From: an uncultured Acidobacteriaceae bacterium
GTDB lineage: Bacteria > Acidobacteriota > Terriglobia > Terriglobales > Acidobacteriaceae
Assembly (NCBI GenBank): GCA_963796585.1
Contig: CAWCMB010000007.1
Span: 51,787 to 115,786 of the forward strand
Reading direction: 5' to 3'
DNA length: 64,000 nucleotides
The translations under genes and the position numbers were made by a program. The notes beneath the pieces are model-generated. The model saw nothing but the letters and a program-made list of their open reading frames with translations, was not told where the DNA came from and did not search any database. Shown piece after piece: positions 1 through 9,415 of the stretch; the stretch's first letter is position 1; each line of letters begins with the position of its first letter.

Positions 1-279
1 CGTTTGGCCCTCGAGCAACTCCATCGCGAAGAAAACTCGCCCCGCAGCCTCGTCGATCTCGTAAATGGTACAAATGTTGGGGTGATTCAGCGCTGAAGCA
101 GCCTTGGCTTCACGCTGAAAACGGCTGATCGATTGGACACCCTTGGCGACGTTATCAGGCAGGAACTTGAGAGCTACATAGCGACCGAGCTTCACATCTC
201 TGGCTTTGTATACGACACCCATCGCACCGGCGCCGAGTTCCTCGACGATGTGATAGTGCGAAATGGTTTGTCCGATCAT
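1..279 (-). CDS. Ser/Thr protein kinase, N-terminal part (gene runs off the window start)
   Basis: Not in the ORF track because it is edge-truncated. Reverse translation from the ATG at 279 gives [41 protein letters not shown]...[12 protein letters not shown]. This shows the Hanks glycine loop GAGAMG and the VALK lysine. Confidence 0.75.
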   Translation of the reverse strand, partial: MIGQTISHYHIVEELGAGAMGVVYKARDVKLGRYVALKFLPDNVAKGVQSISRFQREAKAASALNHPNICTIYEIDEAAGRVFFAMELLEGQT

Positions 280-455
280 CGGCGCGAATGTTACTTCCGT
301 GAAATGGCAAAGTCAATCGAAGTCAGCGGTTACCGCACTTCAACGGGATTGTTGGAGATAAATTCCCATAGCGCTCATTGAGTTGGAGGCTGTGGTAGTT
401 GGATCAAAACCCAGAGATTATGGACCGGGCCGAAGGGCCCGGTTCGGCTTTGTAG

Positions 456-680
456 ATTCAGCGGGATAGCAGGGCGGCGGGAGCACCCATTTTGAACCGC
501 TCTCTAGCTACCATGAAGGCGATGGGGCACGGAAGCGCTCGGATGATGATGCGCTATAAACATCCCGAATATGTGGAAGCTGTCCGCTGCGTCATCAATC
601 GACGCAACCAAGCGGCCGGGAATGCTGTTGGGCCAACTTTTGGGCCAACTCAACAAAACGGCGCTCGGGAGAGCGCCTGA
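456..680 (+). pseudogene. tyrosine recombinase (phage-type integrase) C-terminal remnant
   Basis: The frame is open only from the stop at 453. The translation ...AGAPILNRSLATMKAMGHGSARMMMRYKHPE matches the integrase C-terminal box (GH.s...t.rY.H with the catalytic Tyr). The roughly 250 aa that should precede it are absent. It ends 16 nt from the 3' end of tRNA-Thr. Confidence 0.55.
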
Positions 681-695
681 AACCCGCATAAAATC

Positions 696-771
696 TGGAG
701 CCGACGATCGGACTTGAACCGATGACCTGTCGATTACGAATCGACTGCTCTACCAGCTGAGCTACGTCGGC
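696..771 (-). tRNA. tRNA-Thr (anticodon CGU)
   Basis: Reverse complement GCCGACGTAGCTCAGCTGGTAGAGCAGTCGATTCGTAATCGACAGGTCATCGGTTCAAGTCCGATCGTCGGCTCCA folds as a full cloverleaf. The anticodon loop is TTCGTAA and CCA is encoded. Confidence 0.92.
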
Positions 772-946
772 TTAATTTCCATCTTAAAGGCTGGCTTTGT
801 CGACGTAAAGACCGGCAAGGGTCAGAATGGGACACCGCGTCGCCTCTAAGCCTTGGTTTTCCACTGAGGTAGCCAGTTTTATACTTGCAGAGCTTGGTCG
901 CCCGCTTGATAATCGAAGCAGGCTCTGATTGCGCTTCCGACCTTCC

Positions 947-1846
947 ATGACGAGATTCGGTCGAGCGGACGTACTGCGAATCCTGCATGTCACGGCCCGG
1001 CAGTTGACTGGCTGGCAAAAGGCAGGTCTGGCTCCGGAGTGTGAGGAGTTTTCTTTCGCAGATCTGCTGCAAATAAAGCAAATACGAGATTTGCGTGCCA
1101 AGCGTGTGCGCTCGGCTGTGCTTCGCGAATCGCTGGAGGCGATGCAGCGTCAGGTCGCAGGCATGCAGAACCCGTTCCTCGAAGCCAGCGCCTTCCTTGT
1201 GGGCAAAAGAGTGGCCTTCCGTCATCAGGGTCGCGCGGTTGAACCCATTGTCGGCCAATACGTAATGGAGTTTGATTCTGCGGGAACGGTCGTTTCTACT
1301 GATCCGACATCGCTCCCCCGCAAGCCCAAGCCGGTATCACCGACCGATTCGGTTCATGAGCTGTTCGCTCGCGGCGTTTCGCTGGAAGAAAATCCCAATA
1401 ATCACGACGATGCCATCCAGGTGTATTTGCGCCTTTTGGAACTGGAGCCGGGACATGCCGCCGCCCATATAAATCTGGGTACGCTCTACTACAACCGGCA
1501 AGATTTCGTCGCCGCCGAGAAGCATTACCGTGCGGCCGTCAGCGCTGACCGACGCTACGCTCTCGCGTACTTCGATCTGGGAAACGTGCTCGATGAAACG
1601 GGACGCTTTATAGACGCGGCTACCGCGTACAAAACTGCCATCCAACTGGCGCCCACCTACGCCGACGCTCATTACAATCTGGCTCTAGCGTATGAGCGTT
1701 TGCGAGAGCCTCGACTCGCCCTTCGGCACTGGACCGCCTACGTCAAGCTCGACCGCAGCGGCCCATGGTCGATCCACGCCCGTAAACAGATTGCGCGCAT
1801 CCTGGAAGCCGACAAACTGAAGCTGGTTTACCGGCGCGAAGCATAG
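947..1846 (+). CDS. MerR-type HTH protein with C-terminal TPR repeats
   Basis: The N-terminus ADVLRILHVTARQLTGWQKAGL...FSFADLLQIKQIRDLR is MerR-like. The C-terminus has repeated AxxYxxAlxlxP TPR units (AHINLGTLYY, ALAYFDLGNVL, AHYNLALAYE). The track ORF starts at TTG 929; the ATG at 947 is preferred. Confidence 0.7.
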   Translation: MTRFGRADVLRILHVTARQLTGWQKAGLAPECEEFSFADLLQIKQIRDLRAKRVRSAVLRESLEAMQRQVAGMQNPFLEASAFLVGKRVAFRHQGRAVEPIVGQYVMEFDSAGTVVSTDPTSLPRKPKPVSPTDSVHELFARGVSLEENPNNHDDAIQVYLRLLELEPGHAAAHINLGTLYYNRQDFVAAEKHYRAAVSADRRYALAYFDLGNVLDETGRFIDAATAYKTAIQLAPTYADAHYNLALAYERLREPRLALRHWTAYVKLDRSGPWSIHARKQIARILEADKLKLVYRREA

Positions 1847-1957
1847 TCCTTTCCCTTACAAATCAGTCGTTTCCAGCGCCCAGTGGCGTCCTGCAGCGGC
1901 GTCGCTCCCCAAAACTGCATCCAATGAGAGCTCACATTCACAAGGGAGAGTCTCTGA

Positions 1958-3871
1958 TTGAGGTCACGTTTTCCTCGTCTTGCTGAGTCTGGCCTCTTAG
2001 GCGCGATTCTGTCGTCCCTCGCAGGGGTGCTGCTGGCGCAGGCGCCGCAGATTGCCGAAACCGCAATTCTCGCTCACTTGAACTCTGGCATCGGCTGGTA
2101 CCGCCAGTTGAGCACAATCGATCAGGGTGCGGGACAGCCCAGCGATGTCCTCTATCTTGCCAACGCGCGCAGTCAGGCGAGGCAGGCTTTGCAACTTGCT
2201 TTTCAGGCTGCCCAGTCGATCTCCGGGTTGCCGACTGAGATTGCCGATAATGGTAAACCGTCTTCTGCCTCGGCCGAAAGCGCCGTGCAACCGGCGAAGG
2301 AGCAACCGGGGCTGGCGAGAGCTTTGCAAAATGCTACCGGTCGGCTGAATGAAGACCAGGCGAAGCTGACCCAAATTGAGGCCGAACTGGCGCACGCGCG
2401 TGCCGTCCAGCGGCAGGAACTGCTCGCCCAACGTGATGCTCTGCAAGGCGTCGTCCCGCTGGACAAGGCATTGCAGGAACAGTTGCAGAGGATCGCAACT
2501 TTCGTCGCCACCAACGAACGGGCCCAGGGCGGAATGGCAGGGAAGATCGCTGCCCTCAAGGAATCGGTTCCGGAAGTCTTCGCCACCGACACCGGTGAGG
2601 CCGGGAAGGCATCGGCAAATGCCACCAGTGTTAATGCGCAGAGCGCCAGTGTCGCGCGCGCCCAATCATCGGGGCTGATCGGCCAGACCGCCTATCTGCT
2701 CGGTCAGACGCGTGAGATACATAAGATCGACAGCCTCATTGCGCAGACCAATCACCTTCGCGACTCTGCTACGCAGCTGCAGAAGCCTCTGGTTGATGCG
2801 CTGAAAGCCCTGGTGCAGCAGGGGCACAACACCGCTGACGCCACCTCCGCATCGGACGCGGATACCCAAAAGAACCTGCGGGCACTCACCGCCCAATTCA
2901 AACAAATTGGCGACGCAGCCTTTCCTTTGCGCCAGGAGATCACGCTGCTCGACCAGGTGAAAGGAAACCTGGAGGAATGGCGCGACTCGATGCTGCGTGC
3001 CTACGGGGTCGTACTGCGTTCGGTGCTGACGCGGGTTGGCGCAATTCTGTTTGCGCTGGCCCTGGTGGCTGGCTTCTCCGCCCTCTGGCGCCGGGCTACG
3101 GTGCGCTATGTGCACGACGCGCGCCGCCGGAGGCAATTGCTGCTGGTACGCCGCTTCGTTTCCGGCTTCCTGATGCTGCTGATTGTGATATTCGGCTTCG
3201 TGAGCGAGTTCAGTTCGCTGGCGACCATGGCCGGATTCATCACCGCAGGCATCGCGGTCGCTCTACAAACGGTCATCCTGTCAGTCGCAGCCTACTTCAC
3301 CCTGATTGGCCGCCGCGGAGTGAAAGCCGGAGACCGCATCACCATCTCCGGCGTTACCGGAGATGTGCTCGAAATTGGACTCGTACGCCTGTACTTGATG
3401 GAACTGGGTGGCACGGGCATCGATCTCTATCCCACAGGCCGTCTAGTGGTGTTCTCCAATTCGGTGTTGTTTGGCGCCACTCCGCTGTACAAGCAGTTGC
3501 CCGGCACCTCGTACGCGTGGCACGAGCTGGCAATGACGCTGTCGCCCGACATCGATCCCGCAGTTGCACAAACCGTCCTGGCCAATGCCGCGAAGTCGGT
3601 TTACGACAAATACCGCAAGGAGATCGATCATCAGCACGCCGTCTTGGAGCGTGTGCTGGATACGGCATTCCCCATTCCTCAACCCAGCACCAAGTGGCAG
3701 TTCACTGACACTGGTCTGGAGCTGGTCTTGCGGTACCCGGTGATAATTGAGCATGCCGAGAACATCGACGACCAGATGACGCGCGAGGTGATGCGGGCAA
3801 TAACCACGAGCTCGCAGTTGAAAGCCTCGCTTTCCGGCACTCCCAGGCTCAGAGCCGCGATTCGAGCGTGA
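1958..3871 (+). CDS. mechanosensitive ion channel (MscS) family protein with long N-terminal coiled-coil region
   Basis: There are TM helices near residues 360-450, followed by the MscS beta-domain motif GDRITISGVTGDVLEIGLVRLYLME...RLVVFSNSVLF. GGAGAG lies 7 nt upstream of the TTG start. Confidence 0.7.
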   Translation: MRSRFPRLAESGLLGAILSSLAGVLLAQAPQIAETAILAHLNSGIGWYRQLSTIDQGAGQPSDVLYLANARSQARQALQLAFQAAQSISGLPTEIADNGKPSSASAESAVQPAKEQPGLARALQNATGRLNEDQAKLTQIEAELAHARAVQRQELLAQRDALQGVVPLDKALQEQLQRIATFVATNERAQGGMAGKIAALKESVPEVFATDTGEAGKASANATSVNAQSASVARAQSSGLIGQTAYLLGQTREIHKIDSLIAQTNHLRDSATQLQKPLVDALKALVQQGHNTADATSASDADTQKNLRALTAQFKQIGDAAFPLRQEITLLDQVKGNLEEWRDSMLRAYGVVLRSVLTRVGAILFALALVAGFSALWRRATVRYVHDARRRRQLLLVRRFVSGFLMLLIVIFGFVSEFSSLATMAGFITAGIAVALQTVILSVAAYFTLIGRRGVKAGDRITISGVTGDVLEIGLVRLYLMELGGTGIDLYPTGRLVVFSNSVLFGATPLYKQLPGTSYAWHELAMTLSPDIDPAVAQTVLANAAKSVYDKYRKEIDHQHAVLERVLDTAFPIPQPSTKWQFTDTGLELVLRYPVIIEHAENIDDQMTREVMRAITTSSQLKASLSGTPRLRAAIRA

Positions 3872-3883
3872 TCGTGGGTGGTG

Positions 3884-4008
3884 GGTGGCCCATAATTGCC
3901 TTCGTTTGGCAATTATGGGATAGGGAAGCTGTACGTCCTGCTTCTCCAACACTCGATTTCCACGCCGCCGGGGTGGCCCACATTTCCCTTCGGTTGGGAA
4001 ATGTGGGA
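3884..4008 (+). repeat. two tandem GGTGGCCCA-hairpin REP-like units
   Basis: The units are ggtggcccataattgcc-ttcgttt-ggcaattatggga (3884-3920) and ggtggcccacatttccc-ttcggtt-gggaaatgtggga (3972-4008). A third copy lies at 58182-58216. Confidence 0.6.
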
Positions 4009-4073
4009 GCTCAGCCCCCGCACCAGCGGTGTAAAATCATAGGTTTCCTAATCCAGCCTTGAGGATCGCTCTC

Positions 4074-5249
4074 ATGTCATCCGTTGCAACCGCACATTCT
4101 GCTCCTGCGCCTCTGGTGGCGCTTACCGAAGACGAAGTTCTATTTCGCGACACGGTTCGCCAGGTCGCCCAGGAAGCCATCCAGCCCCACGTGAAGGAGA
4201 TGGACGAGAAGGGCGTTTTCGAGCCGGCTCTCGTCAAGCAGTTCTTCGAGTTGGGTCTGATGGGCATCGAGATTCCCGAGCAATATGGTGGCGGCGGTGG
4301 CACCTTCTTCGAGGCTATTCTCGCGGTTGAAGAGCTTTCCGCAGTGGATGCCTCCGCCGGCGTTGTCGTGGACGTGCAGAACACGCTGGTGAACAACGCG
4401 CTGATGCGCTGGACCACCGATGACCAGAAAAAGCGTTACCTGCCGCGCATGTGCTCTGACAGTGTGGGAGCTTACGCCCTGAGCGAGGCCGGATCGGGTT
4501 CCGACGCTTTCGCCCTTCAGTGCCGCGCCGAGCTCAAGGGCGACGAATACATCCTCAATGGACAGAAGATGTGGATCACCAACGCGAAAGAAGCGAGGGT
4601 GTTCATCCTGCTGGCGACCGTTGACCCGTCAGCCGGATACAAGGGAATCACCGCCTTCATCGTCGACAAAGAGTTTCCCGGATTCACCGTCGGCAAGAAG
4701 GAAGACAAGCTTGGCATCCGCGCGTCAAGCACGTGCGAGCTGATTCTGGAAGACTGCCGCGTGCCCAAAGCGAATGTTCTGGGTGAAGTCGGCAAGGGTT
4801 ACAAAATCGCGATTGAGACGCTCAATGAAGGCCGCATCGGCATTGGGGCCCAGATGGTTGGACTGGCGCGCGGCGCCTGGGAATATGCAGTCAAGTACGC
4901 CCAGGAGCGCAAGCAGTTTGGCAAGGCGATCGCTGAGTTCCAGGGCATTCAATTCCAGATCGCACAGATGGCGACCGAGATCGAAGCTGCCCGAATGCTG
5001 CTCTACAACTGCGCGCGCATGAAAGATGCGGGCATGAATTTCGTCAAGGAAGCCGCCATGACCAAGCTGTATTGCTCACAGGTGGCCGAACGCGTCGCAT
5101 CGCTCTGCGTAGAGATCTACGGCGGATACGGATTCACCAAAGATTATCCGGTGGAGAAGTATTTCCGCGACTCCAAGATCGGCAAGATTTACGAGGGCAC
5201 CTCGAACATGCAGTTGATGACCATCGCCAAACTGGTGATGGGGAAGTGA
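4074..5249 (+). CDS. acyl-CoA dehydrogenase (short/branched-chain type)
   Basis: Full-length ACAD pattern with ...YALSEAGSGSDA..., ...GQKMWITNA... and ...IYEGTSNMQ.... GAGGA lies 8 nt before the ATG at 4074; the track starts at TTG 4059. Confidence 0.9.
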   Translation: MSSVATAHSAPAPLVALTEDEVLFRDTVRQVAQEAIQPHVKEMDEKGVFEPALVKQFFELGLMGIEIPEQYGGGGGTFFEAILAVEELSAVDASAGVVVDVQNTLVNNALMRWTTDDQKKRYLPRMCSDSVGAYALSEAGSGSDAFALQCRAELKGDEYILNGQKMWITNAKEARVFILLATVDPSAGYKGITAFIVDKEFPGFTVGKKEDKLGIRASSTCELILEDCRVPKANVLGEVGKGYKIAIETLNEGRIGIGAQMVGLARGAWEYAVKYAQERKQFGKAIAEFQGIQFQIAQMATEIEAARMLLYNCARMKDAGMNFVKEAAMTKLYCSQVAERVASLCVEIYGGYGFTKDYPVEKYFRDSKIGKIYEGTSNMQLMTIAKLVMGK

Positions 5250-5256
5250 AGAAGCG

Positions 5257-5277
5257 ATTAGCAATTAGCAATTAGCA
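5257..5277 (+). repeat. heptad array (ATTAGCA)x3
   Basis: attagcaattagcaattagca, 8 nt after the acyl-CoA dehydrogenase stop. An inverted copy lies at 29794-29813. Confidence 0.8.
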
Positions 5278-5329
5278 GCTTGTATCGGCTTGTCGGTTGA
5301 TGAACAATTCCAGCGTCGGCGCGGAAGGG

Positions 5330-5650
5330 CTGTTACGAAACTCACGATGAGGCGAGGACGTTGGGACAAAACCATACGCCCGTCCCGTAGGTGTCTGTGT
5401 CGTAGCTTACCTTCGCGCGAGGCGAGTGGGATGAGTGCCCCGGACAGTCAGCCGCGAAGCGGCGGAATGGTTTGAGCCCGGCTCGTCAGAGCCGGGTGAA
5501 GTGGGAAAAACTCTGAGTCGCGTAGCGACGACACAAGCTACGACACAGATCCCGAAGGGACAGCAGAAGATAGCCCAGCCGTTCACGGCTGGGAAGGCGT
5601 AAGTGGAAAATTGTGAGTCCGCTTCAGCGGACGGCACTGTTTCGTAACAG
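5330..5650. repeat. palindromic intergenic element (outer unit, TIR ctgttacgaaac/gtttcgtaacag) carrying a nested unit
   Basis: The flanks 5330-5381 and 5562-5650 align at about 85% by eye with the contiguous 154-nt copy at 29487-29640. Confidence 0.7.
5382..5561. mobile_element. MITE-like unit with ~22-nt terminal inverted repeats (gtcccgtaggtgtctgtgtcgt...)
   Basis: Near-identical over about 165 nt to 60281-60448 in inverted orientation. It has no coding capacity and contains internal hairpins such as cccggctcgtcagagccggg. Confidence 0.65.
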
Positions 5651-5719
5651 CGCGGAAGGGCAGTACCGTGCTCTCACAAGAAAGAGAGTCCCTCCAGGGA
5701 CCGTACTCGTGAGGTTGCA

Positions 5720-6100
5720 ATGTTATCGAACAACAAAATCGTCGCCCTGGTTCCCATCACCGACGGAGACAAAGCCAGAGGCTTTTACGTCGATAAGCTG
5801 GGACTAAAGTTCCTTAGCGATGACGGTTTCGCCATCGTCGTGGACGCCAACGGAAACAAGGTGCGGCTCACCAAAATGAAAGAGGTGAAGCCGCAGCCAT
5901 TTACCGTGCTGGGCTGGGAGAGCGTTGACATTGCGGCCGACATCCGCCAGCTTCAGGAAAAGGGCGTGATATTTGAGCGCTTCGCAGACCACATGAAGCA
6001 GGACGAGTTAGGAATCTGGACCGCCCCTGACGGGACCAAAGTCGCGTGGTTCAAAGATCCCGACGGCAACATCCTCAGTCTTTCCGAGCACAGCAGCTAA
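5720..6100 (+). CDS. VOC / glyoxalase-bleomycin-resistance family protein
   Basis: 126 aa. The N-terminal pattern ...ARGFYVDKLGLKF... and the C-terminal pattern ...AWFKDPDGNILSL are typical of the VOC fold. GAGG lies upstream of the ATG. Confidence 0.75.
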   Translation: MLSNNKIVALVPITDGDKARGFYVDKLGLKFLSDDGFAIVVDANGNKVRLTKMKEVKPQPFTVLGWESVDIAADIRQLQEKGVIFERFADHMKQDELGIWTAPDGTKVAWFKDPDGNILSLSEHSS

Positions 6101-6374
6101 ACCAGTGCTTCACTTACGGCAACAAAATTTCGTGAGGATTTCCACCTGAGCCTCCGTCCAACGAGGTAAAGAGTCACTGATCTAAGTAGTATCCTCTTCC
6201 TGCGCGCACGATTGGAATAGACCGATCGTGCTCTGGCCGTGTACTCTACGGCAAACTCCTACAGCAAAGAAGTCGGGCTAGCTTGCGGGGCTGAGCAAAG
6301 CATTTCCACGCTCTGGCGGAAGCCTGATTTAACTCTATTGCTGAGGGCACTTAACTCTCCGAGGATATCGACGG

Positions 6375-8057
6375 ATGTGCTCCGGTATAGCTCGCCCTTT
6401 CGTGGGTCGTCCCCTTGCATTGCTCGTTACGTTCTGCCTTTCCGTGGCAATGATCGCGCTGACAGGTTGTGGCGCTGCCGCTTCATCGGGCGCGGCCACC
6501 CAGAGCAACAGCAATAGTCAGGTATCGCAGGCACGTGTGGGTGTGAAGTCGGTCCTCACTCATCTTAACGATAACTACCGCGACGGCCTGAATCAGACGG
6601 AAACGACGCTGACCCCGGCCAATGTGAGTCCTTCAACCTTCGGCAGAGTTGCAATCTTTCCCGTCCAGGGATATGTCTATGCTGAGCCTTTATACGTGCC
6701 GAATGTGGCGATGCCTGGCGCCAAACGTTCGAACCTTCTGATCGTAGCTACGGAGCACGATCAGCTCTATGCGTTTGATGTGGATTCCAAGACGCTGGCC
6801 TGGCACGTTGACTTTCTTGCGTCGAGTTCGAATGCCAGCACCCTTTCCCAGGCCGACGTAAATGGGTGCCATGACATCATTCCTGAGATTGGCATTACCG
6901 GGACGCCGGTCATCAATGCGACAACTGGAACCATCTACCTGATTGTACGCACAAAGGAAGTCGTGAATGGCGCCACAGTGTTTTATCAGCGCCTTCACGC
7001 GGTCGAGATAGCGACCGGAACAGAGGTAATGCCGCCAACGGTCGTCACCGGTCCACCTTCCGATTACGCTTCAACCGGAATGGCAAAGTTTGACCCAGTC
7101 TTAAACAATCAGCGCGCTGCCTTGCTGCTCGCCCACAACCAGGTTTACGTTGCTTGGGCTTCACATTGTGACATCGGTCCTTATATGGGTTGGCTGATCT
7201 CGTTCGACCAGAGCACACTCCAGCCCACCGCCTATTGGACGCCCGTGCCTTATTCCGTTTCAGGTGGAATTTGGTTGAGCGGAAGTGGACCTTCCCTCGA
7301 TGCGAACGGCGATATCTATGTTCCTGTGGCAAACGGCAGCGACCATGAGTTCATCGGGCCAAAGGGTAATTACCGCGATTCCTTGGTGCGGCTGCACTGG
7401 TCAGCTACTGACGGATTTACCGTTCGGGATTACTTTGCTCCATATAACTACACATATATGGATGACGGCGACTTGGACTTTGGAAGCAGCGCCGCACTGC
7501 TGCTGCCAGAACAGACAAGCGCCCCCCGTCCTCACCTGTTGGTTGTGCGTGATAAGACAGGGATGGTCTACGTCCTTGACCGGGACGACCTGGGTAAATG
7601 GCAAGCGAATGATAATAGTCAGGCGGTGCAGACGTTTCAGGCTGGGGGCGACGGCCTTAGCTCGATGCTCTTCTGGAATTCAACCCTGTTTATCGCAGGC
7701 GGGTTCGACATTCCGCGGGCGTATAGCTTCGACCCCACGACGCAGCAGTTCGATCCCGCAGGCAAATCGTTCTTCAATTACCCTTTGGATTCTCGCGGCT
7801 CGACGCCGGCACTCTCTGCTAATGGCACTGATGATGCGATCCTGTGGATGATCACAGATTTTGCGGATGGCAAACACGCAGTATTGCACGCGCTGGACCC
7901 AAATGACATCAGCGCGGAACTCTATTCCTCAAATATGCTGCCGGATCGCGATGCAGCCGGTTTGGGAGTGAAGTTTGTGGTGCCGACGATCGCCGACGGC
8001 CTGGTGTCTGTGGGTGCGCAAAACGAGGTTGACATGTACGGCTTGCTAACCCAGTAG
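6375..8057 (+). CDS. PQQ-like/BamB-like beta-propeller repeat lipoprotein
   Basis: The signal peptide has a lipobox (IALTGC). Repeated motifs resemble LLIVATEHDQLYAFDVDSKTLAW. Confidence 0.55.
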   Translation: MCSGIARPFVGRPLALLVTFCLSVAMIALTGCGAAASSGAATQSNSNSQVSQARVGVKSVLTHLNDNYRDGLNQTETTLTPANVSPSTFGRVAIFPVQGYVYAEPLYVPNVAMPGAKRSNLLIVATEHDQLYAFDVDSKTLAWHVDFLASSSNASTLSQADVNGCHDIIPEIGITGTPVINATTGTIYLIVRTKEVVNGATVFYQRLHAVEIATGTEVMPPTVVTGPPSDYASTGMAKFDPVLNNQRAALLLAHNQVYVAWASHCDIGPYMGWLISFDQSTLQPTAYWTPVPYSVSGGIWLSGSGPSLDANGDIYVPVANGSDHEFIGPKGNYRDSLVRLHWSATDGFTVRDYFAPYNYTYMDDGDLDFGSSAALLLPEQTSAPRPHLLVVRDKTGMVYVLDRDDLGKWQANDNSQAVQTFQAGGDGLSSMLFWNSTLFIAGGFDIPRAYSFDPTTQQFDPAGKSFFNYPLDSRGSTPALSANGTDDAILWMITDFADGKHAVLHALDPNDISAELYSSNMLPDRDAAGLGVKFVVPTIADGLVSVGAQNEVDMYGLLTQ

Positions 8058-8183
8058 TAAGCCGACGCGGTCCTCGCGTGCTCGACCCGGCCGGGACGCC
8101 CCTGTCGGTTTTTGCCCTTACTCGGCTGCTACCCAATGGTTCATAATCATAGTGAACCTAAATTGCCGTCATAAGGTGCATTC

Positions 8184-9395
8184 ATGCCCGTTCAACAAGC
8201 CTTCCAGGTTACACCTGCCGCCCGCATGGCGAACGTTCGTTACGCCATCCGCGATCTTGCCGTTGTCGCCGACGAGGTCGCGCGCGATGGGCACCAGATT
8301 CTGTTTCTGAATATTGGGGATCCCTGCAAGTTTGACTTTGCTACACCGCCGCACATGATTGAGGCGGTACACAAGGCCATGCTCGATGGCCACAACAGCT
8401 ATGGCGAGTCGCTCGGTATCCGTCCGGCGGTGATGGCGATTGGCCACGACGCCGAGCGGCGCGGCTTCAAAGAGATTCAGAGCATCTTCGTTGGATACGG
8501 CAGTGGGGAAGTGATCGACAGTTGCCTTACGGCGCTGCTCAATCCCGGAGAGAACGTGCTCACCCCCAGCCCGGAGTATCCGCTTTATGGCGCGGTGCTG
8601 GCGAAGCTTGGGGCCCAGCCCAACGCCTACGACCTGGATGAGTCGAACGGTTGGGAGCCTGATCTCGCCGACATGGAGCGCCGTATCAACTCGCGTACCA
8701 AGGCGATTCTGCTGATCAACCCCAGCAATCCAACCGGGTCGGTCATGTCCCGAAGCACGTTGGAAAAGATCATCGAGGTGGCGCGGCGGCACAGTCTGCT
8801 CATTTTCGCCGACGAAATCTACGACAAGCTGATTTACGCTCCCGACGCCGAGCACGTCTCAATCGCTACCCTTGCGCAGGACGTACCTATGATTACGTTC
8901 AACGGCCTTTCCAAGGCATACCTGGTTCCGGGCTGGCGTATCGGATGGGCCGTCGCGACCGGTCCCCGCGAGGCGCTTCATCCCTACATGGAGGCGGTGC
9001 ACCGTCTGCTACGCGCCCGCCTTTCAGCTCCGCATCCGTTCCAACATGCCATTCAGCCCGCTCTCGAAGGACCGCAAGACCACATCGCCGCGATGAACGA
9101 CAAGCTGCGCCGCCGCGCACAGTTGACCGTCGATTGGGCGAAGCGCACTCCCGGCGTCAGCCTGGTCGCTCCCAAGGGCGCGTTCTACGCTCACCCCTCG
9201 CTGGATATTCCAGAGGACGACCTCAGCTTTGTGACCGCGCTGTTGAAGCAGAAGCACGTGCTGGTGGTTCATGGCTCCGGCTTCGGCCAAAAGCCGGGAA
9301 CAAAGCACATGAGGATTGTTTTTCTGCCGCCGGAGGATGTGCTGGAAGCGGCTTACCAGAAGATGACCGACTTCATGGCCGAGCGATATTCGTAA
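8184..9395 (+). CDS. class I/II pyridoxal-phosphate aminotransferase (alanine/aspartate aminotransferase-like)
   Basis: 403 aa with ...NPSNPTG..., ...FNGLSKAYLVPGWRIGW (PLP lysine) and ...IVFLPP.... Confidence 0.85.
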   Translation: MPVQQAFQVTPAARMANVRYAIRDLAVVADEVARDGHQILFLNIGDPCKFDFATPPHMIEAVHKAMLDGHNSYGESLGIRPAVMAIGHDAERRGFKEIQSIFVGYGSGEVIDSCLTALLNPGENVLTPSPEYPLYGAVLAKLGAQPNAYDLDESNGWEPDLADMERRINSRTKAILLINPSNPTGSVMSRSTLEKIIEVARRHSLLIFADEIYDKLIYAPDAEHVSIATLAQDVPMITFNGLSKAYLVPGWRIGWAVATGPREALHPYMEAVHRLLRARLSAPHPFQHAIQPALEGPQDHIAAMNDKLRRRAQLTVDWAKRTPGVSLVAPKGAFYAHPSLDIPEDDLSFVTALLKQKHVLVVHGSGFGQKPGTKHMRIVFLPPEDVLEAAYQKMTDFMAERYS

Positions 9396-9415
9396 GGCTG
9401 CCAACGGCAGCGAAA

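Noticed and set aside
133-381. 82-aa ORF on the + strand
   Set aside because: It lies antisense to a clear Ser/Thr kinase N-terminus (GxGxxG/VALK) on the - strand and has no recognisable motif of its own.
5290-5807. Short ORFs across the 5.3-5.7 kb repeat block, and likewise at 29188-29791 and 30954-31542
   Set aside because: They are entirely made of palindromic repeat units and are readable in several frames and on both strands. There is no coding signature.
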